Positions 10,822 to 23,908 of a stretch of 50,971 nt of DNA are shown here, in pieces; within the stretch, counting starts at the first letter, position 1, and the number at the start of each line of letters is the position of its first letter. The position numbers and the translations under genes were made by a program. Origin of the DNA: Macrostomum lignano (lineage: Eukaryota); NCBI GenBank assembly GCA_002269645.1, contig NIVC01003626.1, forward strand, positions 35,889 through 86,859, given 5' to 3'. The notes under the pieces were generated by a model. That model made no database searches and was not told the DNA's origin. It was given only the letters and a program-made list of their open reading frames with translations.

Positions 10822-11373
10822 GCAGAAGGTGTCGGGGAACATTTTATCCTTGCAGGCCTTGTCCAGCTCAGACTTAGTCAGCGTCAAGTACAGATATTTG
10901 TCATCCTGCTCGTCCGGCGCCAGGCCAGCGGCCTCTCGTTTCCGTCTTCGCCAGAGCGCACCCGGAGTGTCTTGCGGCTGGTTCAAGACAAAGAAGGTGT
11001 TGAACCAGCAGTGAAACAGCTCCTCGCATAGGGCCAACACTTTGCTCCGATTGTAGAAGACAATCTTCACGTCGCCGTTGACTTTAATTGGCGCGGACAT
11101 TGGGATGATGGCTGACTGCTGGCCCCGCTTCGGCTCGCACATTTCCGACTCCCCGATCGGCCGGTGAGCGCTCCGGTTGTCCTGGTGGAAGTCGCGGACC
11201 AGCTTCTGGCAGCGGAAGAACAGGCAGCAGCCTCCGCTAGGCGGGTAGGAGGGCAGGCCGCCCTCTACGCTGACCGAGCGAAGCACCAAGGGGCAGGACT
11301 CAACCACCAGGTTGTGCCGGAGCACGTGCGCATAATAGTACACGTAGCGTCGCTGGGACGGGATGGTGACGCC
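10822..11373 (-). CDS. PTEN: PTEN exon 4 (TI loop and C2 domain)
   Basis: Acceptor ccgcAG|GVTIPSQRRYVYYY...VNGDVKIVF...LFHCWFNTFFV...YLYLTLTKSELDKACKDK..FPDTFC|GTgag; 184 codons, phase 0. Confidence 0.95.
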
Positions 11374-11446
11374 CTGCGGAGCCAGAGGGTGGATTCGATT
11401 TTTAGAAAAATCGAAGGCAATAGTCCGCAGGAGGGGACGGTGTCAG

Positions 11447-11933
11447 AAGCTCGATACTTCTCAAGCTCGAAACCCTACAAGCTCGAAACTCTACAAGCTC
11501 GAAACTCTACAAACTCGAAACTCTACAAACTCGAAACTCCACAAGCTCGAAACTCCAGAAGCTCGAAACTCTACAAGCTCGAAACTCCACAAGCTCGAAA
11601 CTCCAGAAGCTCGAAACTCCACAAGCTCGAAACTCTACAAGCTCGAAACTCCACAAGCTCGAAACTCCACAAGCTCGAAACTCCACAAGCTCGAAACTCA
11701 CAAGCTCGAAACTCCACAAGCTCGAAACTCCACAAGCTCGAAACTCCACAAACTCGAAACTCCACAAGCTCGAAACTCCACAAGCTCGAAACTCACAAGC
11801 TCGAAACTCCACAAACTCGAAACTCCACAAGCTCGAAACTCCACAAACTCGAAACTCCACAAACTCGAAACTCCACAAGCTCGAAACTCCACAAACTCGA
11901 AACTCTACAAACTTGAAACTCTACAAGCTCGAA
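11447..11933. repeat. 16-bp minisatellite (ACAAGCTCGAAACTCC), PTEN intron 3
   Basis: Read directly. Confidence 0.95.
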
Positions 11934-12399
11934 TCTCATGAATCTCATAGAATCAATAGTACAGAGAAGGTCGGACATTGTCAGCTCGGAGAAAAGTTCG
12001 GCAAATGGGGAGACAGATTCCTAAACTAAATATAGAATCTGTGAGAAGACAGGGAGAGACGGGGACAGCGTGACACTGACAGTACAGTCGCACTTGTACA
12101 AGCTGAGAGCGGCACTGGATGCCCGAATTAGAGTGCAGCCCCACACTTTTTTATCTTGGTGAAAGTAGATTGCGAGCTAAGGCTAACATGGTGTGGATAG
12201 AACTGAGACAGACAAGATTTCGATACTTCAGAGAGGGCAGACCCGAAAGGGAAAAAGGATTATTAGCTGGGACAGAAATAGGCAATTCGAGTTCAAACTG
12301 CGTTAACAGAATAATACATACTGTAGTCACAGAATTCTAACAAATTTTCCAGCAATAAAATTCATCGAGTCTAAGGGCGATTATCACAGTTAAGCTCCT

Positions 12400-13848
12400 A
12401 TAGGCGATTCTCAAAGTCTATGGGCGATTCTTATAGTCTATGGGCGATTCTTATAGTCTATGGGCGATTCTTATAGTCTATGGGCGATTCTTATAGTCTA
12501 TGGGCGATTCTTGTAGTCTATGGGCGATTCTTATAGTCTATGGGCGATTCTCATAGTCTATGGGCGATTCTCATAGTCTATGGGCGATTCTTTTAGTCTA
12601 TGGGCGATCCTCATAGTCTATGGGCGATTCTTATAGTCTATGGGCGATTCTCATAGTCTATGGGCGATTTTCATAGTCTATGGGCGATTCTTTTAGTCTA
12701 TGGGCGATCCTCATAGTCTATGGGCGATTCTTATAGTCTATGGGCGATTCTCATAGTCTCTGGGCGATTCTTATAGTCTATGGGCGATCCTCATAGTTTA
12801 TGGGCGATTCTTATAGTCTATGGGCGATTCTCATAGTCTCTGGGCGATCCTCATAGTCTATGGGCGATTCTTATAGTCTATGGGCGATTCTCATAGTCTC
12901 TGGGCGATTTTCATAGTCTATGGGCGATTCTTTTAGTCTATGGGCGATCCTCATAGTCTATGGGCGATTCTTATAGTCTATGGGCGATCCTCATAGTTTA
13001 TGGGCGATTCTCATAGTCTATGGGCGATTCTTATAGCCTACGGGCGATTCTCATAGTCTATGGGCGATTCTTATAGCCTACGGGCGATTCTCAGTCTATG
13101 GGCGATTCTTATAGCCTACGGGCGATTCTCATAGTCTGGGCGATTCTCATAGTCTATGGGCGATTCTTATAGTCTATGGGCGATTCTCATAGTCTCTGGG
13201 CGATTTTCATAGTCTATGGGCGATTCTTATAGTCTATGGGCGATCCTCATAGTCTATGGGCGATTCTTATAGTCTATGGGCGATCCTCATAGTTTATGGG
13301 CGATTCTCATAGTCTATGGGCGATTCTTATAGTCTATGGGCGATTCTCATAGTCTATGGGCGATTCTTATAGTCTATGGGCGATTCTCAGTCTATGGGCG
13401 ATTCTCATAGTCTCTGGGCGATTCTCATAGTCTCTGGGCGATTTTCATAGTCTATGGGCGATTCTTATAGTCTATGGACGATCCTCATAGTCTATGGGCG
13501 ATTCTTATAGTCTATGGGCGATCCTCATAGTTTATGGGCGATTCTCATAGTCTATGGGCGATTCTTATAGCCTACGGGCAATTCTCATAGTCTATGGGCG
13601 ATTCTTATAGCCTACGGGCGATTCTCATAGTCTATGGGCAATTCTCATAGTCTATGGGCGATTCTTATAGCCTACGGGCGATTCTCATAGTCTGGGCGAT
13701 TCTCATAGTCTATGGGCGATTCTTATAGCCTACGGGCGATTCTCATAGTCTAAAGGCGATTCTTATAGCCTACGGGCGATTCTCATAGTCAGTCTATGAG
13801 CGGTTTTTATAGTCTATGGGCGATTCTCACAGTTAATGGGCGATTTTC
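12400..13848. repeat. 20-bp minisatellite (TATGGGCGATTCTTATAGTC), about 70 copies, PTEN intron 3
   Basis: Read directly, with recurrent CTT/CTC, ATCC and GCCTACGG variants. Confidence 0.95.
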
Positions 13849-14185
13849 ATATATTAACAATAGAAAATCGCAAGCACGATTTTTAAAAATAAAATTTCGC
13901 TAAATAATTACGCCTTCAGCCTTTGATCTTGACAGAAATAGATCCCTTTAATATCTTCAAACAGGCTTGCTTAAAATAAATTCCTTTTTACGCAAAGCTG
14001 AATCATATACATCAAAGCGAACTTGTCCGCCAACTTAACCGTAATTAGCTCGCACTTGAACGAGTACTTGTACACGCGGGATTCAATTTTTCACTTTGAG
14101 TTCAATCAATAAAAAATTCCATATTGATCCGCCTTGTCAAAGTCTTTATTTAAGTAGCAGATACCGCTATGCGTGCCCAGCTTAC

Positions 14186-14320
14186 CTTCTTATTGTGAGT
14201 TCTGCGCTTGTCGTAAAGGTCCAACACTTGATCGGCTGTGAGCCTCGTTGGCTCCTGCTCACGCATGCCCTGGTAGCTCTCGTATAGCAGATAGCAGCAG
14301 ATCATGACCCCGGTGCGGCC
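14186..14320 (-). CDS. PTEN: PTEN exon 3 (GR of the P-loop to the start of the TI loop)
   Basis: Acceptor ccgcAG|[13 protein letters not shown]...[13 protein letters not shown]|GTaagc; 45 codons. Confidence 0.95.
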
Positions 14321-14349
14321 CTGCGGCGGTGGGGTGGGCTGGGGTAGAT

Positions 14350-15657
<1,308 letters not shown>

Positions 15658-15759
15658 AGCCAGTAATTAAATATTCTATTTCAACTCAAATAGCAGCATA
15701 TTACATCAATTCAGTTGGCATCGAAAAAGCGCGATAAAAATCAACGCGTTAAAACAAAC

Positions 15760-15979
15760 CTTTCCGGCTTTGCAGTGAATGGCGGCCACATGGTCCGGCC
15801 CGTTTTGCAGCCATTTGTACACGGAGGTGCAGAAGTAAGGAATGGTGTGGATCAGCGGGGGGTTGTGGTCCTGCATGGCGAACTGCTCTACGCGGTCCTT
15901 GAACTTGGCGTGGTTGTAGGACCTCTCGGCACACAGGTTGTACACCTTGTACCGGTCCGGGTGGTGCGTTTCTAGGAAT
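15760..15979 (-). CDS. PTEN: PTEN exon 2 (phosphatase domain: YNLC, DHNPP, HCKAGK)
   Basis: Acceptor cgccAG|A TTC CTA; FLETHHPDRYKVYNLCAERSYNHAKF...QDHNPP...HVAAIHCKAGK|GTttg. Confidence 0.95.
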
Positions 15980-16063
15980 CTGGCGAGGAAACGCGAGGCA
16001 TTAATCGATTTCTAAGAAATAATACAATTACAAAAAACATAGTTTAAGACTGCAAATATGGGA

Positions 16064-19000
16064 CGCTGGCCCAGCAACTGACACTCTGGGAGGCTGGCTC
16101 AGCAACTGACACTCTGGGAGGCTGGCCCAGCAACTGACACTCTAGAAGGCTGGCCCAGCAACTGACACTCTGGGAGGCTGGCCCAGCAACTGAGGATCTG
16201 AGAGGCTGGCCCAGCAACTGAGGATCTGGGAGGCTGGCCTAGCAACTGACACTCTGGGAGGCTGGCTCAGCAACTGACACTCTGGGAGGCTGGCCCAGCA
16301 ACTGACACTCTGGGAGGCTGGCCAAGCAACTGAGGATCTGGGAGGCTGGCCCAGCAACTGACACTCTGGGAGGCTGGCCCAGCAACTGACACTCTGGGAC
16401 GCTGGCCCAGCAACTGAGGATCTGAGAGGCTGGCCCAGCAACTGACACTCTGGGAGGCTGGCTCAGCAACTGACACTCTGGGAGGCTGGCTCAGCAACTG
16501 ACACTCTGGGAGGCTGGCCCAGCAACTGACACTCTGGGAGGCTGGCCCAGCAACTGACACTCTAGAAGGCTGGCCCAGCAACTGACACTCTGGGAGGCTG
16601 GCCCAGCAACTGACACTCTGGGAGGCTGGCCCACCAAACTGAGGATCTGGGAGGCTGGCCCAGCAACTGACACTCTGGGACGCTGGCCCAGCAACTGAGG
16701 ATCTGGGAGGCTGGCTGAGCAACTGACACTCTGGGAGGCTGGCCCAGCAACTGACACTCTGGGAGGCTGGCCCAGCAACTGACACTCTGGGAGGCTGGCC
16801 CAGCAACTGACACTCTGGGACGCTGGCCCAGCAACTGAGGATCCGGGAGGCTGGCTGAGCAACTGACACTCTGGGAGGCTGGCCCAGCAACTGACACTCT
16901 GGGAGGCTGGCCCAGCAACTGACACTCTGGGAGGCTGGCCCAGCAACAGACACTCTGGGAGGCTGGCCCAGCAACTGACACTCTGGGAGGCTGGCCCAGC
17001 AACTGAGGATCTGAGAGGCTGGCCCAGCAACTGACACTCTGGGACGCTGGCCCAGCAACTGAGGATCTGAGAGGCTGGCCCAGCAACTGACACTCTGGGA
17101 GGCTGGCCCAGCAACTGACACTCTGGGAGGCTGGCCCAGCAACTGACACTCTGGGAGGCTGGCCCAGCAACTGACACTCTGGGAGGCTGGCCCAGCAACT
17201 GAGGATCTGGGAGGCTGGCTCAGCAACTGACACTCTGGGAGGCTGGCCCAGCAACTGACACTCTGGGAGGCTGGCTCAGAAACTGACACTCTGGGAGGCT
17301 GGCCCAGCAACTGACACTCTGGGAGGCTAGCCCAGCAACTGAGGATCTGAGAGGCTGGCCCAGCAACTGACACTCTGGGAGGCTGGCCCAGCAACAGACA
17401 CTCTGGGAGGCTGGCCCAGCAACTGACACTCTGGGAGGCTGGCCCAGCAACTGAGGATCTGGGAGGCTGGCCCAGCAACTGACACTCTGGGACGCTGGCC
17501 CAGCAACTGAGGATCTGAGAGGCTGGCCCAGCAACTGACACTCTGGGAGGCTGGCCCAGCAACTGACACTCTGGGAGGCTGGCCCAGCAACTGACACTCT
17601 GGGAGGCTGGCCCAGCAACTGAGGATCTGGGAGGCTGGCTCAGCAACTGACACTCTGGGAGGCTGGCCCAGCAACTGACACTCTGGGAGGCTGGCCCAGC
17701 AACTGACACTCTGGGAGGCTGGCCCAGCAACTGAGGATCTGAGAGGCTGGCCCAGCAACTGACACTCTGGGAGGCTGGCCCAGCAACTGACACTCTGGGA
17801 GGCTGGCCCAGCAACTGACACTCTGGGAGGCTGGCCCAGCAACTGAGGATCTGGGAGGCTGGCTCAGCAACTGACACTCTGGGAGGCTGGCCCAGCAACT
17901 GACACTCTGGGAGGCTGGCCCAGCAACTGACACTCTGGGAGGCTGGCCCAGCAACTGACACTCTGGGAGGCTGGCCCAGCAACTGAGGATCTGGGAGGCT
18001 AGCCCAGCAACTGAGGATCTGAGAGGCTGGCCCACCAAACTGAGGATCTGGGAGGCTAGCCCAGCAACTGAGGATCTGGGAGGCTGGCCCACCAAACTGA
18101 GGATCTGGGAGGCTAGCCCAGCAACTGACACTCTGGGAGGCTGGCTCAGCAACTGACACTCTGGGAGGCTGGCTCAGCAACTGACACTCTGGGAGGCTGG
18201 CCCAGCAACTGACACTCTGGGAGGCTGGCCCAGCAACTGACACTCTAGAAGGCTGGCCCAGCAACTGACACTCTGGGAGGCTGGCCCAGCAACTGACACT
18301 CTGGGAGGCTGGCCCACCAAACTGAGGATCTGGGAGGCTGGCCCAGCAACTGACACTCTGGGACGCTGCCCCAGCAACTGAGGATCTGGGAGGCTGGCTG
18401 AGCAACTGACACTCTGGGAGGCTGGCCCAGCAACTGACACTTTGGGAGGCTGGCCCAGCAACTGAGGATCTGGGAGGCTGGCCCAGCAACAGACACTCTG
18501 GGAGGCTGGCCCAGCAACTGACACTCTGGGACGCTGGCCCAGCAACTGAGGATCTGAGAGGCTGGCCCAGCAACTGACACTCTGGGACGCTGGCCCAGCA
18601 ACTGAGGATCTGAGAGGCTGGCCCAGCAACTGACACTCTGGGAGGCTGGCCCAGCAACTGACACTCTGGGAGGCTGGCCCAGCAACTGACACTCTGGGAG
18701 GCTGGCCCAGCAACTGAGGATCTGGGAGGCTGGCTCAGCAACTGAGGATCTGGGAGGCTGGCCCAGCAACTGACACTCTGGGACGCTGGCCCAGCAACTG
18801 AGGATCTGAGAGGCTGGCCCAGCAACTGACACTCTGGGACGCTGGCCCAGCAACTGAGGATCTGAGAGGCTGGCCCAGCAACTGACACTCTGGGAGGCTG
18901 GCCCAGCAACTGACACTCTGGGAGGCTGGCCCAGCAACTGACACTCTGGGAGGCTGGCCCAGCAACTGAGGATCTGGGAGGCTGGCTCAGCAACTGACAC

Positions 19001-20632
19001 TCTGGGAGGCTGGCCCAGCAACTGACACTCTGGGAGGCTGGCCCAGCAACTGACACTCTGGGAGGCTGGCCCAGCAACTGAGGATCTGAGAGGCTGGCCC
19101 AGCAACTGACACTCTGGGAGGCTGGCCCAGCAACTGACACTCTGGGAGGCTGGCCCAGCAACTGACACTCTGGGAGGCTGGCCCAGCAACTGAGGATCTG
19201 GGAGGCTGGCTCAGCAACTGACACTCTGGGAGGCTGGCCCAGCAACTGACACTCTGGGAGGCTGGCCCAGCAACTGACACTCTGGGAGGCTGGCCCAGCA
19301 ACTGACACTCTGGGAGGCTGGCCCAGCAACTGAGGATCTGGGAGGCTAGCCCAGCAACTGAGGATCTGAGAGGCTGGCCCACCAAACTGAGGATCTGGGA
19401 GGCTAGCCCAGCAACTGAGGATCTGGGAGGCTGGCCCACCAAACTGAGGATCTGGGAGGCTAGCCAGCAACTGACACTCTGGGAGGCTGGCTCAGCAACT
19501 GACACTCTGGGAGGCTGGCTCAGCAACTGACACTCTGGGAGGCTGGCCCAGCAACTGACACTCTGGGAGGCTGGCCCAGCAACTGACACTCTAGAAGGCT
19601 GGCCCAGCAACTGACACTCTGGGAGGCTGGCCCAGCAACTGACACTCTGGGAGGCTGGCCCACCAAACTGAGGATCTGGGAGGCTGGCCCAGCAACTGAC
19701 ACTCTGGGACGCTGCCCAGCAACTGAGGATCTGGGAGGCTGGCTGAGCAACTGACACTCTGGGAGGCTGGCCCAGCAACTGACACTTTGGGAGGCTGGCC
19801 CAGCAACTGAGGATCTGGGAGGCTGGCCCAGCAACAGACACTCTGGGAGGCTGGCCCAGCAACTGACACTCTGGGACGCTGGCCCAGCAACTGAGGATCT
19901 GAGAGGCTGGCCCAGCAACTGACACTCTGGGACGCTGGCCCAGCAACTGAGGATCTGAGAGGCTGGCCCAGCAGCTGACACTCTGGGAGGCTGGCCCAGC
20001 AACTGACACTCTGGGAGGCTGGCCCAGCAACTGACACTCTGGGAGGCTGGCCCAGCAACTGAGGATCTGGGAGGCTGGCTCAGCAACTGACACTCTGGGA
20101 GGCTGGCCCAGCAACTGACACTCTGGGAGGCTGGCCCAGCAACTGACACTCTGGGAGGCTGGCCCAGCAACTGAGGATCTGGGAGGCTAGCCCAGCAACT
20201 GAGGATCTGAGAGGCTGGCCCAGCAACTGACACTCTGGGAGGCTGGCCCAGCAACTGACACTCTGGGAGGCTGGCCCAGCAACTGACACTCTGGGAGGCT
20301 GGCCCAGCAACTAAGGATCTGGGAGGCTGGCTCAGCAACTGACACTCTGGGAGGCTGGCCCAGCAACTGACACTCTGGGAGGCTGGCCCAGCAACTGACA
20401 CTCTGGGAGGCTGGCCCAGCAACTGAGGATCTGGGAGGCTAGCCCAGCAACTGAGGATCTGAGAGGCTGGCCCACCAAACTGAGGATCTGGGAGGCTAGC
20501 CCAGCAACTGAGGATCTGGGAGGCTGGCCCACCAAACTGAGGATCTGGGAGGCTAGCCCAGCAACTGAGGATCTGGGAGGCTGGCCCAGCAACTGAGGAT
20601 TTGGGAGGCTGGCCCAGCAACTGCGGATCTGT
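16064..20632. repeat. 28-bp minisatellite (GGAGGCTGGCCCAGCAACTGACACTCTG, alternating with a ...GAGGATCTG variant), about 160 copies, PTEN intron 1
   Basis: Read directly; source of the 1067-aa and other spurious ORFs. Confidence 0.97.
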
Positions 20633-21197
20633 AGGAAGCCAGCTAAGGTAAAAGTTCTTTGTTTGAACAGCCTCAACAAGACACTATGTGATCACGTTTA
20701 TGAATCTATAATATCTGTATTGATTTTTTCAATCCAAATAAAATTAAAACTCTCATCTAAGCTTTGAAAAGTTTGTAAAACTACAAGTGCCTTTCTGCAG
20801 ACTTCAAGTTTTAAAAAACCCTTCATATTGAACGAAGCAAGCCTAAAAAAGATCGGGCGGTACTGTCAGTGCCATCTCAGGCAAACTCTGGCGGCTAATA
20901 GCAACTCAGACAAGACAGACATTCAGACTGAACCTTCAGAACGAAAAGACACGTCTTTAATACCCATTAAATTTCTGCTTGCTAGCGGCTCTCAGAGACT
21001 TCAAGAGATACAGAAGAGAGAGAAATATTAAAGTACATCGAGATAAGCCACCGAGCGCAGACTGTGCCAGGAGCTAAAAGTGCATATTCTCGAGGAACTC
21101 GGTGACGCACTAAGGGTGCAGCGGCGGGGCTGCAATTGTACTCTTCCGGAGCAGAGCGGCAGCGCGAGTCGATTGGGGTGGGCAGGGGACGAGGCCA

Positions 21198-21201
<4 letters not shown>

Positions 21202-21236
<35 letters not shown>
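21202..21236. repeat. (CT)n microsatellite
   Basis: Read directly. Confidence 0.9.
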
Positions 21237-21240
<4 letters not shown>

Positions 21241-21519
21241 TCGCAGGCTGCACTGGGGAGGGGGAGAGCAGAGGACAGAAGAAGCCACGTCCTAAATGGG
21301 CTGAACAAGACAGCTGTAAGGTCACGTCCTTTGTTCTCCGTTAAGCAGGGCTTGAAGGCCGCGGGCTAGACTGTGAATCACGACTGATTGACTCTCAAAA
21401 GTGCGCGGACACTCAACTCTTTCATACTTAGACACTGCTGTCGCACTTTGCAGAGCAATAGAAGCTAGAGAGAGGCCTGGATTTGCACTTGAGTACTTCT
21501 ACAACAATCAAGAAAGCCA

Positions 21520-22768
21520 TCAATCTATCGATCAATGAAGCATATCAATCTTTCAACCAATAAAGACTATCAATCTATCAATCAATAAAGCCTATCAATC
21601 TATCAATCAATGAAGCCTATAAATCTAAAGATCAATAAAGCCTATCAATCTATCAATCAATGAAGCCTATAAATCTAAAGATCAATAAAACCTATCAATC
21701 TATTAATCAATGAAGCATCTCAATCTATCAATCAATGAAGCATCTCAATCTATCAATCAATGAAGCATATCAATCTATCAACCAATGAAGACTATGAATC
21801 TATCAACCAATGAAGACTATGAATCTATCAACCAATGAAGCCTATCAATCTATCAATCAATAAATCCTATCAATCTATCAATCAATAAATCCTATCAATC
21901 TATCAATCAATAAATCCTATCAATCTATCAATCAATAAATCCTATCAATCTATCAATCAATAAATCCTATCAATCTATCAATCAATAAATCCTATCAATC
22001 TATCAATCAATAAATCCTATCAATCTATCAATCAATAAATCCTATCAATCTATCAATCAATAAATCCTATCAATCTATCAATCAATAAAGACTATCAATC
22101 TATCAATCAATAAAGCCTATCAATCTATCAATCAATGAAGCCTATAAATCTAAAGATCGATGAAACCTATCAATCTATCAATCAATAAATCCTATCAATC
22201 TATCAATCAATAAATCCTATCAATCTATCAATCAATAAATCCTATCAATCTATCAATCAATAAATCCTATCAATCTATCAATCAATAAAGACTATCAATC
22301 TATCAATCAATAAAGCCTATCAATCTATCAATCAATGAAGCCTATAAATCTAAAGATCGATGAAACCTATCAATCTATCAATCAATGAAGCATATCAATC
22401 TATCAACCAATGAAGCATATCAATATCAATCAATGAAGCATATCAATCTATCAATCAATAAAGCCTATCAATCTATCAATCAATAAAGCCTATCAATCTA
22501 TCAATCAATAAAGCCTATCAATCTATCAATCAATGAAGCATATCAATATCAATCAATGAAGCATATCAATCTATCAATATCAACCAATGAAGCCTATCAA
22601 TCTATCAATCAATGAAGCCTGTCAATCTATCAATCAATGAAGCCTGTCAATCAATCAATCAATAAAGCCTATCAATTTATCAATCAATGAAGCATATCAA
22701 TCTATCAACCAATGAAGCATATCAATCCATCAATCAATAAAGACTATCAATCTATCAATCAATGAGGC
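21520..22768. repeat. AT-rich 25-bp minisatellite (ATCAATCTATCAATCAATAAAGCCT), PTEN intron 1
   Basis: Read directly. Confidence 0.95.
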
Positions 22769-22842
22769 GAAACTACTAGTCCGTACATCAATCAGTCAAC
22801 TTATCTATCTATCAGCAGAATTAGTTAAGCCAGAATTCTCAC

Positions 22843-23006
22843 TTGGCAACCTCGCTAATGTCATTCCGATAGAAGCGTTCAAAAGTCTCAGCTGGGACGC
22901 CCATAGCGATGACCTGCGAGGTGATGTAGGACAAATCGAGATTGAATTCTCCATCATCGTAACGGCGCTTCTTCTTAGAAACGAGCTGGCGCAAATTCCT
23001 AGACAT
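22843..23006 (-). CDS. PTEN: PTEN exon 1 (start codon; missed by the ORF track)
   Basis: MSRNLRQLVSKKKRRYDDGEFNLDLSYITSQVIAMGVPAETFERFYRNDISEVAK vs human [37 protein letters not shown]; donor AA|GTgaga, phase 2 matches exon 2. The five exons total 1365 nt (454 aa + stop). Confidence 0.95.
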
Positions 23007-23737
23007 GCTTGCTGTTTAGATGAAGCGGAAGAGCAGATTTCGGCAGTTCCCTCCAGAGGTGATTGGAGGGAAATCAGTAATCGAAAATGAGAAGTGCGGA
23101 TCTTTTAGCTTGTAGAATTTGTCTTTCAGCATAAATAATAAATAATTTGATTCACACCTTTTAATAATAATTTCAAGAGTTTACATAATTACATTGCATA
23201 CCAGCCTGAAATTGAAGTAAATGTCAGAAAGAAAATTTCATTATACATGATTTTTTAAATTTTTTTTGTAACTTGGCATCATAAAAAAATAATGAGTGCC
23301 AACCAAGCCTCACAGACTATCCCAATGAGCATTACTCTACTGTTCTATATAAATTGTTAGTTTTTGTAAATGATGAGCACTACATTTCTATGAAAGATTA
23401 AATTGCTAATAAGAATTTTTTAAGTTATTAAAAATCTGCTATTGAGCAAGCCTAATGTACATAAAAGAGTAACGAGGTTATTTATTTATGGTTTCTTATT
23501 CCATTGTATAAACATTTAGGGAAGCAATATCTTAAAAAAATGGTTTTGTCCTAAATTCTAAAGAGACATCATTTCTAAAGAGCTTTTGTTTGCTTGCAAA
23601 AATGATATATATATTTTAAAATATATAATTGCAGATTTTGTTTTAACAAAATTGTATTTAGCTCAAAAAACTATATATTGAGACAATGATATTTTTTGTT
23701 CTTGTAGCTCATAGCAGATATTCTATACTCATGGTTG

Positions 23738-23908
23738 GTGCAACCTAGGGATTCACTTGGCTATTTCTATTGGCAACACACATATATATATGTTGCTACT
23801 AGATAGAATAATAGTCATATGATTGCTCTCAGCTAATAACAACACAGCACAATACACAATATATATATCTTGCCAATAGAAATGGCTAGGTGATTTCCAA
23901 GGTTGCAC
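23738..23908. mobile_element. Short MITE-like element (171 bp) with ~45-bp imperfect terminal inverted repeats
   Basis: Left GTGCAACCTAGGGATTCACTTGGCTATTTCTATTGGCAA; right arm reverse complement GTGCAACCTTGGAAATCACCTAGCCATTTCTATTGGCAA. No TSD established. Confidence 0.55.

Noticed and set aside
8257-11031. 924-aa and 887-aa Pro/Leu/Ser ORFs
   Set aside because: Translations of a CT-rich array antisense to PTEN intron 4; open in several frames only because the unit lacks stops.
16142-20679. 1067-aa and many overlapping minus-strand ORFs
   Set aside because: 28-bp intronic minisatellite; no domain; open in all frames.
21000-21370. GC-rich island inside PTEN intron 1, possible nested or alternative exon
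   Set aside because: No recognisable translation in six frames; interrupted by (CT)n; PTEN exons 1 and 2 join without it.
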